From NCBI GenBank assembly GCA_050012475.1, contig JBEKHC010000096.1, forward strand, positions 1-19,172: a DNA stretch of 19,172 bases. The letters are read 5' to 3'. Shown one piece after another: positions 7,425-16,202 of this stretch. Position 1 is the stretch's first letter; the number at the start of each line of letters is the position of its first letter. Source of the DNA: Candidatus Velthaea sp. (lineage in GTDB: Bacteria; Vulcanimicrobiota; Vulcanimicrobiia; Vulcanimicrobiales; Vulcanimicrobiaceae). The notes beneath the pieces are model-generated. The model was not told where the DNA came from, ran no database searches, and worked only from the letters and a program-made list of their open reading frames with translations. Made by a program: the position numbers and the translations under genes.

Positions 7425-7733
7425 TTAGGCGTCGATGAAAATATTGTCGCCCTCGAGCCGAACGCGGTACGTCGGCAACGGCAAGATTGCCGGCAGGGTG
7501 AGCGCGGTACCGGTGGTCACATCGAAATAAGCGCCGTGGCGCGGGCACATGATGCGGCACCCTTCGAGTTCGCCGGCATCGAGTGCGCCGCCGTCGTGCG
7601 TGCAGATGTCTTCCACGGCATACAGGGTGCCGTCGACGTTGCACAACAAAATGTCGCGACCGCCGACCGAGACGCGATGCGTCGAACCAATGGGTATTTC
7701 AGAGACTTTGGCGACCGGTGTTACCGTGCTCAT
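7425..7733 (-). CDS. Rieske-type [2Fe-2S] ferredoxin
   Basis: CTH...CPRHGAYFD motif; start ATG 7733 (MSTVTPVAKV). Confidence 0.96.
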   Translation of the reverse strand: MSTVTPVAKVSEIPIGSTHRVSVGGRDILLCNVDGTLYAVEDICTHDGGALDAGELEGCRIMCPRHGAYFDVTTGTALTLPAILPLPTYRVRLEGDNIFIDA

Positions 7734-7746
7734 TGAATGCTCGTGC

Positions 7747-8115
7747 TCATTGGGAGTCCTTCGTGCGCGATTGTTCGCATTCCGCGCCGAGCGCCGGCGA
7801 TTCCCAACCGTCGACGCGCTCGTGCGCGTCGATTTCGACGTGCAACACGCCGACGAGCGAATGGCAGCGGCTCGAAGCTCCGAGTTCGCGCAGGATCGTG
7901 ACGACGATGTCGCCGTGCGTCGAATCGATCTGCGCGCCGGCTCCCGTGAGCGCCGCAACGGCCTGCGAGCGCGATTCGCCGTTGACGAGCACGCCTTCGT
8001 AGCGCGCGATCTCGGCTTGCAGTGCGCCGCGGGTCCGATCGTAGTCGGCGAGCGAGCGGTTCTGCAAGACCGTACCGCGGATCGCGACGCCTACGATGAG
8101 CGCCGATCCGAACAC
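7747..8115 (-). CDS. hypothetical membrane-anchored/exported protein
   Basis: Fills sufB-Rieske gap on the same strand; hydrophobic N-terminus, two Cys; start may lie slightly upstream. Confidence 0.65.
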   Translation of the reverse strand: MFGSALIVGVAIRGTVLQNRSLADYDRTRGALQAEIARYEGVLVNGESRSQAVAALTGAGAQIDSTHGDIVVTILRELGASSRCHSLVGVLHVEIDAHERVDGWESPALGAECEQSRTKDSQ

Positions 8116-8173
8116 GAGAGCGAGGCGGCGCGCGACCGCGCGCGGTCCCAGGCTCCCTCGCGTCGCGCCGGCT

Positions 8174-9607
8174 TTATCCGACGGCGCCTTCCATCTCCAT
8201 CTTGATGAGACGGTTGAGTTCGACCGCGTACTCCATCGGAAGTTCCTTGACGAAGAAGTCGAAGAAGCCGTTGACGATCATCGCGGTCGCGTCGGCTTCG
8301 CTCAATCCGCGGCTCATCGCGTAGAACAGCTGCTCCTCGCCGATCTTCGAAACCGATGCTTCGTGTTCGACCGTCGAGCGTTGCTCGTTGACCTTCATCG
8401 TCGGTTTGGTGTCGCTCGACGACAACTCGTCCATGATCAGCGCGTCGCATTTGACCCGCGTCTTCGCCCCAACCGCGCCGGGGAAGATTTCGACCAAGCC
8501 GCGATAGGTGGTCTTGCCGCCGTGCGCCGACACCGACTTATTGGTGACCACCGACGTCGTATTGGGCGCGGCGTGAATGACTTTCGCACCGGCGTCCTGG
8601 TGTTGACCCTCGCCCGCGAACGCTGCCGACAAGACTTCGCCGCGCGCACCTTCGCCCATGAGATAGATCGCCGGATATTTCATCGTCAAGCGCGAGCCGA
8701 TGTTGCCGTCGACCCACTCGACCGTCGCATTCTTGTACGCGACCGCCCGTTTGGTGACGAGGTTGAAGATGTTGCGATACCAGTTCTGGATCGTCGTGTA
8801 ACGTACCGACGCACCTTCCATCGCGATGATCTCGACGACCGCGCTGTGCAGCGAGGAAGTCGAGAACTTCGGCGCCGTGCAGCCCTCGATGTAGTGCACC
8901 TTGGCGCCTTCGTCGGCGATGATGAGCGTGCGCTCGAACTGGCCCATGTTCTCGGTGTTGATCCGGAAGTACGCCTGAAGCGGCATCGCCACGGTGACGC
9001 CTTTGGGCACGTAGACGAACGAACCGCCCGACCAGACCGCGCTGTTGAGCGCGGCAAACTTGTTGTCGCCCGGCGGGATGATCGTCGCGAAGTATTTCTT
9101 GAGGATGTCGGGATATTGCTTGAGCGCCGTATCCATGTCGCAAAACAGCACGCCGTCTTTTTCGAGCGCCTCGACGACGGAGTGATACACGACCTCGGAT
9201 TCGTATTGCGCCGAAACGCCGCTGAGGAACTTGCGCTCTGCTTCGGGGATGCCCAGGCGATCGAAGGTCCGCTTGATGTCGTCGGGGACGTCGTCCCACG
9301 ACCGTTCGGCGCCCGCAGTCGAGCGCACGAAATAGTGGATGTTGTCGAAGTCGATCTCTTCGAGCAGCGCGGTGTCGCCCCACGTGGGCATCGGCTTGCT
9401 CCTGAAGATATCGAACGCTTTGAGCCGGAACGCCCGCATCCATTCGGGCTCGCCCTTCATCTCCGAAATCCGCTCGACGATCTCGCGTGTCAGCCCCTTG
9501 TCCGATTTGAACTTGTAGTTCGCCTCGGAATCGTGCTGGCCGTGCCGGTAATCCTCGACGATTTCGGCGGGAACGGACGGGTTCGCGACGTTCAATTCGA
9601 TTGCCAT
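8174..9607 (-). CDS. sufB: Fe-S cluster assembly protein SufB
   Basis: [58 protein letters not shown]; start ATG 9607. Confidence 0.99.
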   Translation of the reverse strand: MAIELNVANPSVPAEIVEDYRHGQHDSEANYKFKSDKGLTREIVERISEMKGEPEWMRAFRLKAFDIFRSKPMPTWGDTALLEEIDFDNIHYFVRSTAGAERSWDDVPDDIKRTFDRLGIPEAERKFLSGVSAQYESEVVYHSVVEALEKDGVLFCDMDTALKQYPDILKKYFATIIPPGDNKFAALNSAVWSGGSFVYVPKGVTVAMPLQAYFRINTENMGQFERTLIIADEGAKVHYIEGCTAPKFSTSSLHSAVVEIIAMEGASVRYTTIQNWYRNIFNLVTKRAVAYKNATVEWVDGNIGSRLTMKYPAIYLMGEGARGEVLSAAFAGEGQHQDAGAKVIHAAPNTTSVVTNKSVSAHGGKTTYRGLVEIFPGAVGAKTRVKCDALIMDELSSSDTKPTMKVNEQRSTVEHEASVSKIGEEQLFYAMSRGLSEADATAMIVNGFFDFFVKELPMEYAVELNRLIKMEMEGAVG

Positions 9608-9617
9608 AAGTGTCCTA

Positions 9618-9646
9618 ACGCTACCCGCGGCGGGCAGCTTCGTCAA
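9618..9646 (-). promoter_or_regulatory. sigma70-type promoter for sufB
   Basis: TTGACG-N17-TAGCGT, 10 nt before ATG. Confidence 0.6.
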
Positions 9647-9779
9647 GATAGTTCAGTTCTTTCTTTCTTTTCTCCCGAGCGACTCCTGTTTTCCCAGGCG
9701 CGTCCGCATGCGGCAGAGTCTGTCCCGGCCGATCCGGCGAGCGCAAGCCGGCAAGCTCGCATGACCGGCACGCGGTCTG

Positions 9780-10529
9780 CTATGGCTTGCGGGCGACTTG
9801 ATAGGCCGCCGCCTGGGCGATCGGACGGACGACGATGAAATCGACGTTGACGTGCGGCGGACGCGAAACCGCGAAGCCCACGCAGCCCGCGATGTCGTCC
9901 GGCGAAAGGGGCTGCATCCCGGTATAGACCTCGTCGGCCTTGCCGGCGTCGCCCTTGAAGCGGGTGATCGAGAATTCGGTGAGCGTCATGCCAGGCGCGA
10001 CCTCGGTCACCCGAATCGGCTCGCCGTTGAGTTCCAGGCGCAAGGTTTGGGTGATGGCGCGCAGTGCATGCTTCGACGACGCATAGCCTGCGCCGCCCGC
10101 ATAGACCTCGAAACCGGCGATCGAACCGATGTTCACGATGTGGGCGTTCGCGGGGACGCGCAGCAGCGGCAGCAGCGCACGGGTTACGCGAGCCACACCC
10201 AGCACGTTGGTTTCGAGCATCCGCACCCAATCGTCGTCGACCATTTCTCCGATCGGTTCGCGGCCCAGGGCCAGTCCGGCGTTGTTGACCAGCACGTTGA
10301 CGCGGCCAAACTGCGCCCGCAGCGCTTCACCGAACGCCTCGATTGCGGTCCGGTCGCGGACGTCGAGGGTGAAGGCGGTCGCGCCGATTTCGGCGGCGAC
10401 GGCATCCAGCCGGTCACGCCGGCGCGCGGTGACGACGACGTGAAAACCTTGCCGGGCCAATTCATGGGCGGTCGCGGCTCCGATTCCCGACGACGCTCCG
10501 GTTACCACAGCGATGCGTTGCTCTTTCAT
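9780..10529 (-). CDS. SDR family NADP-dependent oxidoreductase (YdfG-like)
   Basis: TGASSGIG, NNAG, YASSK, PPHVNV; start ATG 10529 (or TTG 10547). Confidence 0.95.
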   Translation of the reverse strand: MKEQRIAVVTGASSGIGAATAHELARQGFHVVVTARRRDRLDAVAAEIGATAFTLDVRDRTAIEAFGEALRAQFGRVNVLVNNAGLALGREPIGEMVDDDWVRMLETNVLGVARVTRALLPLLRVPANAHIVNIGSIAGFEVYAGGAGYASSKHALRAITQTLRLELNGEPIRVTEVAPGMTLTEFSITRFKGDAGKADEVYTGMQPLSPDDIAGCVGFAVSRPPHVNVDFIVVRPIAQAAAYQVARKP

Positions 10530-10579
10530 GGGCGAGCCGTTCGTCAACGGGGCTTCCAGATCGTTGTCTGCCGGTGCGG

Positions 10580-11185
10580 TTAGGCGGCGCTGAGGCCGGC
10601 GACGAGCACCGCAACCGCGTGCCGTTCGAGCGCGCTGGTATCGCGCCCATCGAGCATTCCAAGGTTGCCGCCATCTTCGAGGCTGGCCAGCCCATGAACG
10701 AGCGACCACGCGGTCAGCGCGTCGGTCCGCACGCGGTTCGCCGCGCGGCGCGCGCCGCCGGCCGACGGCAGTCCAGCCACGGCCGCGAGCAGGACCTCGA
10801 ACGCCGCTCGCGCTGGACCGCTGGGTTCGTGCGCGCGCCGCCCCGGGCCGAACATCAAACGGTAGAGCTCGGGATTGACGCGCGCGAAGGCGAGATAGGC
10901 AAGTCCCGCCGCCGCCAATCGGTCACCCGCCGTCGAGGCCGCGTCAACGGCACGCGCAAGGTCGGCGTGCAGCCGCTCGAAGCCGACGTCGGCAACCGCG
11001 GTCCAAAGTGCGGCCTTGTCCGAGAAGTGCGCGTACGCTGCGGTATGGCTCACGCCGACGCGTCCGGCCAACTCGCGCATCGATAACCGATCGGCTTCGT
11101 GCGCTTCGAGCGCGCGCAGAACTTCTGCGATCAGCGCTTCGCGCAAGCGATCGTGGTGATATGCCGGCTTCGTCTTCGGGTGCAT
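10580..11185 (-). CDS. TetR/AcrR regulator with WHG-type C-terminal domain
   Basis: YHHDRLREALI, HTH LSMRELAGRVGVSHTAAYAHF, AWSLVHG. Confidence 0.95.
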   Translation of the reverse strand: MHPKTKPAYHHDRLREALIAEVLRALEAHEADRLSMRELAGRVGVSHTAAYAHFSDKAALWTAVADVGFERLHADLARAVDAASTAGDRLAAAGLAYLAFARVNPELYRLMFGPGRRAHEPSGPARAAFEVLLAAVAGLPSAGGARRAANRVRTDALTAWSLVHGLASLEDGGNLGMLDGRDTSALERHAVAVLVAGLSAA

Positions 11186-11244
11186 CTTGACACTGGAAAG
11201 ATTCGCCGTACAATACGGTTATCCTATCTTACCAATGTTAAGTT
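11184..11244. promoter_or_regulatory. two TetR-type operators and a plus-strand sigma70 promoter
   Basis: ATCTTGACACTGGAAAGAT (11184-11202) and ATCTTACCAATGTTAAGTT (11226-11244); TTGACA-N16-TACAAT (11187-11214). Confidence 0.8.
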
Positions 11245-11264
11245 CGTCGTTCCGGAGGTTTTCC

Positions 11265-11714
11265 ATGATTGTCGATGCGTTGCTGGCCTGGTTGCACTTC
11301 ATGTTGGTCTTCGGGCTTTGCGGCTGCCTGTTGGCCGAGCTTTTCTTCTATGGACGCGAACTTTCGCGGTCGACGCTGCGGCGGCTCCAGCGAGTCGACA
11401 TTGCATTCGGTGCGCTCGCCGCGGCTGTCGTCGTCAGCGGCGTCGTGCGCGTCATTTTCTCGCCCAAAGGCGCGGCGTTCTTCCTCCACAATCCGATTTT
11501 TTGGACGAAGATGGGGCTTTTTGGCGCACTCGGCCTGCTGTCGATCGCCCCGACGCTTCATTACATCGCTCTCGGCCGGACGGCGGCCGGCGAGGCAAAC
11601 ATCCGCGTCGGCGACGGCGCGTTCAAAGCCAACCGGAACTATCTTTTTGCGGAGGTCATTCTGCTGCTTCTCATTCCGTGCTGTGCCGCGTTCATGGCGC
11701 GCGGCTTCCATTAA
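11265..11714 (+). CDS. DUF2214-like membrane protein
   Basis: GGAGG SD; LAWLHF...E, D..FG, SG..R, KG..FF.HNP.FWTKM, LLSI.PT pattern with 4 TM segments. Confidence 0.88.
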   Translation: MIVDALLAWLHFMLVFGLCGCLLAELFFYGRELSRSTLRRLQRVDIAFGALAAAVVVSGVVRVIFSPKGAAFFLHNPIFWTKMGLFGALGLLSIAPTLHYIALGRTAAGEANIRVGDGAFKANRNYLFAEVILLLLIPCCAAFMARGFH

Positions 11715-11746
11715 CCGCCGCCCCCAAACGAACTTCCGCAAAAGCA

Positions 11747-11775
11747 TTTACAGGGGGGGCCTGGCGGGGTATGAT
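11747..11775 (+). promoter_or_regulatory. sigma70 promoter for the speD leader
   Basis: TTTACA-N17-TATGAT; predicted start near 11781. Confidence 0.8.
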
Positions 11776-11780
11776 CGTAT

Positions 11781-11916
11781 GCGGACTCGAGACAGGCCCG
11801 GGTTTTATGAGCCAGGGCCCGGTTAAGTTGTCCTACGGAATGGGGGACGGCGCGCCCTACGCGCCTGCGCGGTGGAACGTTCGCGTGTTAGTAAGGACAC
11901 GTCAACAAGAGTTCGC
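11781..11916 (+). ncRNA. candidate structured cis-regulatory RNA in the speD 5' UTR
   Basis: Closing stem GCGGACTC/GAGTTCGC enclosing at least three hairpins. Confidence 0.6.
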
Positions 11917-12009
11917 CGATAGGTCACAATCGAGACGGTGTACCGCACGCGGTTGATGACGCGCCTGGAGGTGGGATTTTCCCAGCCAAGCCCAAGGAGA
12001 TCGGAAAAA

Positions 12010-12429
12010 TTGAAAGCACTCGGAACGCATATTGTGTGCGAGCTGTCCGGTTGTGACCCGCGGTCACTCACCGACGTCGCCGCCGTCGAACGCATGATGG
12101 TCGGAGCGGCCAAAGAAGCCAACGCAACAATTGTGGAGACGGCGTTTCACCGTTTCCAGCCCCACGGCGTTTCAGGTGTTGTCGTGATCCAGGAATCGCA
12201 CCTGTCGATCCACACCTGGCCCGAAACGGGATATGCCGCGATGGACTTCTACACGTGCGGCGACCACACCGATCCCTGGGCGGCCTGCGAATTCGCCGCC
12301 AAGGCGTTGGATGCGCGGAACATGTTGACGACCGAAGTCAAGCGCGGGATCGAAGCGCGCAAGGGTGAGTTCACCCACGTCATCACGACCGACCACGAAG
12401 AACGGTCGTTCGCGAAGAAAACCGCCTAA
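12010..12429 (+). CDS. speD: S-adenosylmethionine decarboxylase proenzyme
   Basis: GTHIVCEL, HRFQPHGVSGVVVIQESHLSIHTWPE (E-S self-cleavage), DFYTCG; AAGGAG then TTG start 12010. Confidence 0.95.
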   Translation: MKALGTHIVCELSGCDPRSLTDVAAVERMMVGAAKEANATIVETAFHRFQPHGVSGVVVIQESHLSIHTWPETGYAAMDFYTCGDHTDPWAACEFAAKALDARNMLTTEVKRGIEARKGEFTHVITTDHEERSFAKKTA

Positions 12430-12646
12430 TCGCAGCGGCTGGCGCTGCGCACTCGACGCCGGGCGACGCGTTCGCCCGGCGTCGCCTTGTCCGGGCTTGC
12501 GGCCCAGGTCATCGGCCACCGCCGGAACCGGCCGGTCGCGCCGGCGATCCGAAACGGCCGTGACGCGTACAGCGTTTGGGTAACGCCGCAGACGCGCGCG
12601 CTGCGGCGCCCCATGTATATCCGCCTCGTCCAGGAGACAGCCGTCC

Positions 12647-13537
12647 GTGCCGAAGACCGAACACTTTCAGTGGTACGTCGAGGAATTCTCGCCGACCGAA
12701 TTTCACCATCACGCCATCGACGAGCTGTATTACTCGGGACGCACGCCATTTCAGAGCGTCGCGGTGTTGCGCACGCCGGCGTTCGGCAAGATGCTCGTGC
12801 TCGACGGCGATACGCAAAGCTCGCAGGCCGACGAGAAGATCTACCATGAATCGCTGGTGCATCCGGCGCTGGCGGCGATCGCCGATCGCACGGAGATCCT
12901 CATCCTGGGCGGCGGCGAAGGTGCGACGCTGCGTGAGGCGCTCCGTCACCCGGGCGTGCGGCGCTGCACGATGGTCGACATCGACGGCGAGGTCGTCGAG
13001 CTGGCCAAGAAATATCTGCCCGAGTGGTCGGCCGGCGCGTTCGACGACCCGCGCGCGCGCCTGGTCATCGGCGACGCGCTGGCTTTTCTCAAGCAGGACA
13101 CGGGTACGTACGGCGCGGTGATCTCCGACCTCACCGAACCGCTGGCCGACTCGCCGTCGTTCCCGCTCTTCAACAGCGAGGTATTTCGCGATATTCGTGC
13201 GCGGCTGGCGCCGGGCGGCGTGTACGTGCTGCAAGCCAGCACCGCCGGCTTTCACAACATGGCGCTGCATGCGAAGATGGCGCGCTCGCTGCGCGCGCAC
13301 TTCGCGCACGTCGCGAGTTTCTACACCCACGTGCCGGCGTTCGACAACGATTGGGCGTTCATCGCGTGCAGCGACGGCATCGACGTTGCGACGCTCGAAC
13401 CAGCGGCGATCGATGCGTACGTCGCCGAGCTGCGCGGCGAAAACTATTTTTACGATGCGCAAACACACCGGCGGCTCTTCAGTTTGCCGCTTTATCTGCG
13501 CCGCCAACTTGCGAAGCAGGGCGACGTCTTCGCTTAG
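12647..13537 (+). CDS. speE: polyamine aminopropyltransferase (spermidine synthase family)
   Basis: FGKMLVLDG, DEKIYHESLVHP, LILGGGEGATLRE, VDIDGEVV, DLTEP. Confidence 0.95.
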   Translation: MPKTEHFQWYVEEFSPTEFHHHAIDELYYSGRTPFQSVAVLRTPAFGKMLVLDGDTQSSQADEKIYHESLVHPALAAIADRTEILILGGGEGATLREALRHPGVRRCTMVDIDGEVVELAKKYLPEWSAGAFDDPRARLVIGDALAFLKQDTGTYGAVISDLTEPLADSPSFPLFNSEVFRDIRARLAPGGVYVLQASTAGFHNMALHAKMARSLRAHFAHVASFYTHVPAFDNDWAFIACSDGIDVATLEPAAIDAYVAELRGENYFYDAQTHRRLFSLPLYLRRQLAKQGDVFA

Positions 13538-13699
13538 CAGCAACTCGAATGAAGAAACGTTCATTCGGCAGCGCGCTGGTCGATGGCATCGAAATCAGCT
13601 CGGAGCACGGCGGCCCTTCTGCGGCGTGGAAACCGTTACGGGGCGGGCCTTGCGTTTTCGCATCTTAAGGGACCCCTTTGGCAGCAGAAGCGTCTCGCG

Positions 13700-14341
13700 C
13701 TACTTTGGCATCGCCTCGCGACGGGCGAGAAGTTGGCCGAAGACGATCTGTTTGAACTCGACGAGAGGAACATTATTCTTTTCGGCGCGCATGCGTAGCA
13801 GCGCCCCCTCCCAGCTATTCAGGACAAACCGACCCAGCAACGCCGCCGGAAATTGGTCGCTGAGGGTCCCCTGTTCCTGAGCCTGCGCAATGCAATCTTC
13901 GAAGAAGCTGCTCCAAGCGTTGAATTGAGCAACGAGCCGCTCACGCACGACCTCGCTATGATCCGCAACTTCGGCGCTAAAATTTCCTAATAAGCATCCC
14001 TTTGTGAATCCGGACGCCTTGAGCGCGTCGATCCTATCGTCGAAGTAAGCCTCCAAGCGGTCCAGCGGCGGAGCATCGTTGTTGCAGAGGATCTCGCGCA
14101 GTTTGTCCCGACCCCAGTCGAAATACGCGTCGATCACCTCCGCTGCGAAGGCCTCTTTGCTGGTGAAGTGGTTGTAAAACGAACCCTTGGGCACATCGAC
14201 GCGCTCGACGATGCGCTGAATGCCCGTCGCCGCGTACCCCTCGGCATGAATCATTTGTAAGCCCGCCCGCAACAGATTCATGCGGGTGTCGGGCTTGGGC
14301 TTCGGGCCTCGGCGGGCGGGAGAAAATTTCACGTATGACAT
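13700..14341 (-). CDS. TetR/AcrR regulator (NemR/AcuR-like)
   Basis: GYAATGIQRIVERVDVPKGSFYNHFTSKE, GCLLGN, WEGA. Confidence 0.95.
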   Translation of the reverse strand: MSYVKFSPARRGPKPKPDTRMNLLRAGLQMIHAEGYAATGIQRIVERVDVPKGSFYNHFTSKEAFAAEVIDAYFDWGRDKLREILCNNDAPPLDRLEAYFDDRIDALKASGFTKGCLLGNFSAEVADHSEVVRERLVAQFNAWSSFFEDCIAQAQEQGTLSDQFPAALLGRFVLNSWEGALLRMRAEKNNVPLVEFKQIVFGQLLARREAMPK

Positions 14342-14343
14342 CC

Positions 14344-14376
14344 TTGACTTATTTAAGACGACCGGTCATATTAAAT
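14344..14376. promoter_or_regulatory. TetR operator overlapping a plus-strand promoter
   Basis: 26-bp near-palindrome ATTTAAGACGACCGGTCATATTAAAT (14351-14376); TTGACT-N17-CATATT. Confidence 0.8.
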
Positions 14377-14419
14377 TCATTGACTGCTCTCATAGCTCCT
14401 GTCGGCGAGGAGGATGGCC

Positions 14420-15300
14420 ATGTTCTCGAAGGTCAGCGTACGGATCCCCGCCGACGAAGGTGTCGAACTCGGAGCCTGGTTGTTTGCGCCGGAGGGCAGT
14501 GGATCGCACCCGGCCATCACAATGGCGCATGGCTTTGCCGGGATCATGGAGCACGGCCTCGAGCCCTTCGCGCACGCGTTCGCTGCGGCGGGCTTCGTCG
14601 TGCTGGTCCACGACCATCGCAAATTTGGGACGAGCGGCGGCGAGCCACGCAACGACGTTGATCCCCCGGACGCAAGTCGCCGACTGGCGCCGCGCGATCT
14701 CCTACCTCGAAACGCGTCCCGAAGTCGATCCGACCCGCCTCGGTCTGTGGGGCACGAGCTACTCCGGCGGACAGGCGATCGTCGTCGGCGCCACTGATCG
14801 TCGCGCGCGTTGCGTCGTCGCAAAAGTCCCGACAATCAGTGGGTAATGAGCAGGGCCTGCGACGCGTATCGCCCGGCGCGGTGCCTGCATTCGAGCGCGC
14901 ATTCAGCGAGGATGACCGGGGCGCAATTGCGCGGCGAGCCGCCGCGCCGTCAAACCGATACCCACGGGTCTGTGGGAAAACACCGTCACCCTTCGCTCGA
15001 CGCGCGCCGCGCGTATGTACGAGCCGGGCATTTGGATTCCGCGGGTGTCGCCGACGCCGCTGCTCCTTCGTCGTCGCTTGCGACGACACGATCACCCTCG
15101 CCGACCTCGCGTTGGCCGCATACGAACGAGCACTCGAACCAAAACGACTTGCACTGATTCCGGGCGGCCATTTCGCGCCGTATCTCGATCAGTTTGCGCT
15201 GGCGGAAGCCGCCGCAACCGGCTGGTTCCGGGAGCATCTCGGTTCCGAAGCCGTCACCAGCACGCACATCTTCGCACATGCGAATGGAGAATACCGATGA
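14420..15300 (+). pseudogene. multiply frameshifted alpha/beta hydrolase (S15/CocE-like)
   Basis: MAHGF, LWGTSYSGG nucleophile, EQGLRR, MYEPGIWIPRVSPTPLL and PGGHF segments lie in different frames. Confidence 0.9.
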
Positions 15301-16169
15301 TCTCACAGCAAACCACGGGCGTCGACCTTCACTGGAACGTGTTCACAAGTAAGCGCCCTGGCCTTGGACGCGATCTTCCTCCGGGCAACGAAAAACTGAG
15401 GTGGGTGGCGAATTCTTCGACGCTCATCTACGGTGAGCGAGACGCGGTCCTTGTCGACACGTTCCTCACCATCGACCAATCGCAGACGTTGCTCGATTGG
15501 GTCATTGCAAGCGGCAAGAACCTCACCGCGATCTACATCACGCACGGACATGGCGATCATTGCTTCGGCCTCGCGCCGCTACTGGAGCGTTTTCCCCGGG
15601 CCAAGGCGTTCGCGGTGCCCCAAGTCGTCGATGCCATGCGTGAGCAGACATCGCCGCCAGTCGTTGACAATTTCTGGCGCAGCCTCTTCCCTGGCCAAAT
15701 TTCCGATTGTCTCGTTGTTGCCGAAACCCTCGAGGGCAATGAATTTCAACTGGACGGAAACCAATTCATCGCCGTAAATGCCGGGCGGACCGATACGGCT
15801 CATTCCACGTGCCTCTACGTCCCCGCGATCGGGCTACTCGTCGCCGGCGATGCCGTCTACAATGGAATCCATCCCTACCTTGGCGAGACCGACAAGCACA
15901 GTCGACTCGAGTGGATTGCCACGCTGGACAAACTCGAATCGCTCAAGCCGCGAGCGGTAATCGCTGGGCACAAAGTGCCCGAAAACGACGACGATCCCCG
16001 GATCATCGGTGAGACCCGGAAATATCTCCAGGATTTCGACCGCCTCGACGAAGGGACGACGACCGCGCAGCAGCTCTACGACGCGATGCTCGAGCTCTAT
16101 CCCGATCGAGTCAATCCGGGTTCCCTTTGGGGTGGCGCTAACGCGGCGAAGACGCAAGCGAAAGCCTGA
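15297..16169 (+). CDS. metallo-beta-lactamase fold hydrolase
   Basis: VLVDT, THGHGDH, AGDAVYN, IAGH; GGAG SD and ATGA overlap at 15297. Confidence 0.93.
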   Translation: MISQQTTGVDLHWNVFTSKRPGLGRDLPPGNEKLRWVANSSTLIYGERDAVLVDTFLTIDQSQTLLDWVIASGKNLTAIYITHGHGDHCFGLAPLLERFPRAKAFAVPQVVDAMREQTSPPVVDNFWRSLFPGQISDCLVVAETLEGNEFQLDGNQFIAVNAGRTDTAHSTCLYVPAIGLLVAGDAVYNGIHPYLGETDKHSRLEWIATLDKLESLKPRAVIAGHKVPENDDDPRIIGETRKYLQDFDRLDEGTTTAQQLYDAMLELYPDRVNPGSLWGGANAAKTQAKA

Positions 16170-16202
16170 GGCGACGCTATGTTCGATCGAGAGTAGGAGA
16201 TA

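Noticed and set aside
8096..9838. 580-aa plus-strand ORF
   Set aside because: Antisense shadow of sufB typical of high-GC codon usage
11938..12009. N-terminal extension of SpeD
   Set aside because: AAGGAG SD and family start pattern (MKALG.H) support TTG 12010
12509..13564. 351-aa minus-strand ORF (and similar shadows at 3443..4306, 5221..6051, 9798..10583, 17314..18048)
   Set aside because: Antisense to well-supported genes, no recognisable motifs
13547..13568. Terminator after speE (CGAATGAA/TTCATTCG)
   Set aside because: Stem is real but AT-rich with no U tract; insufficient support
15015..15296. N-terminal extension of the MBL protein (384-aa ORF)
   Set aside because: It is a frame of the upstream hydrolase pseudogene; SD and ATGA overlap support start 15297
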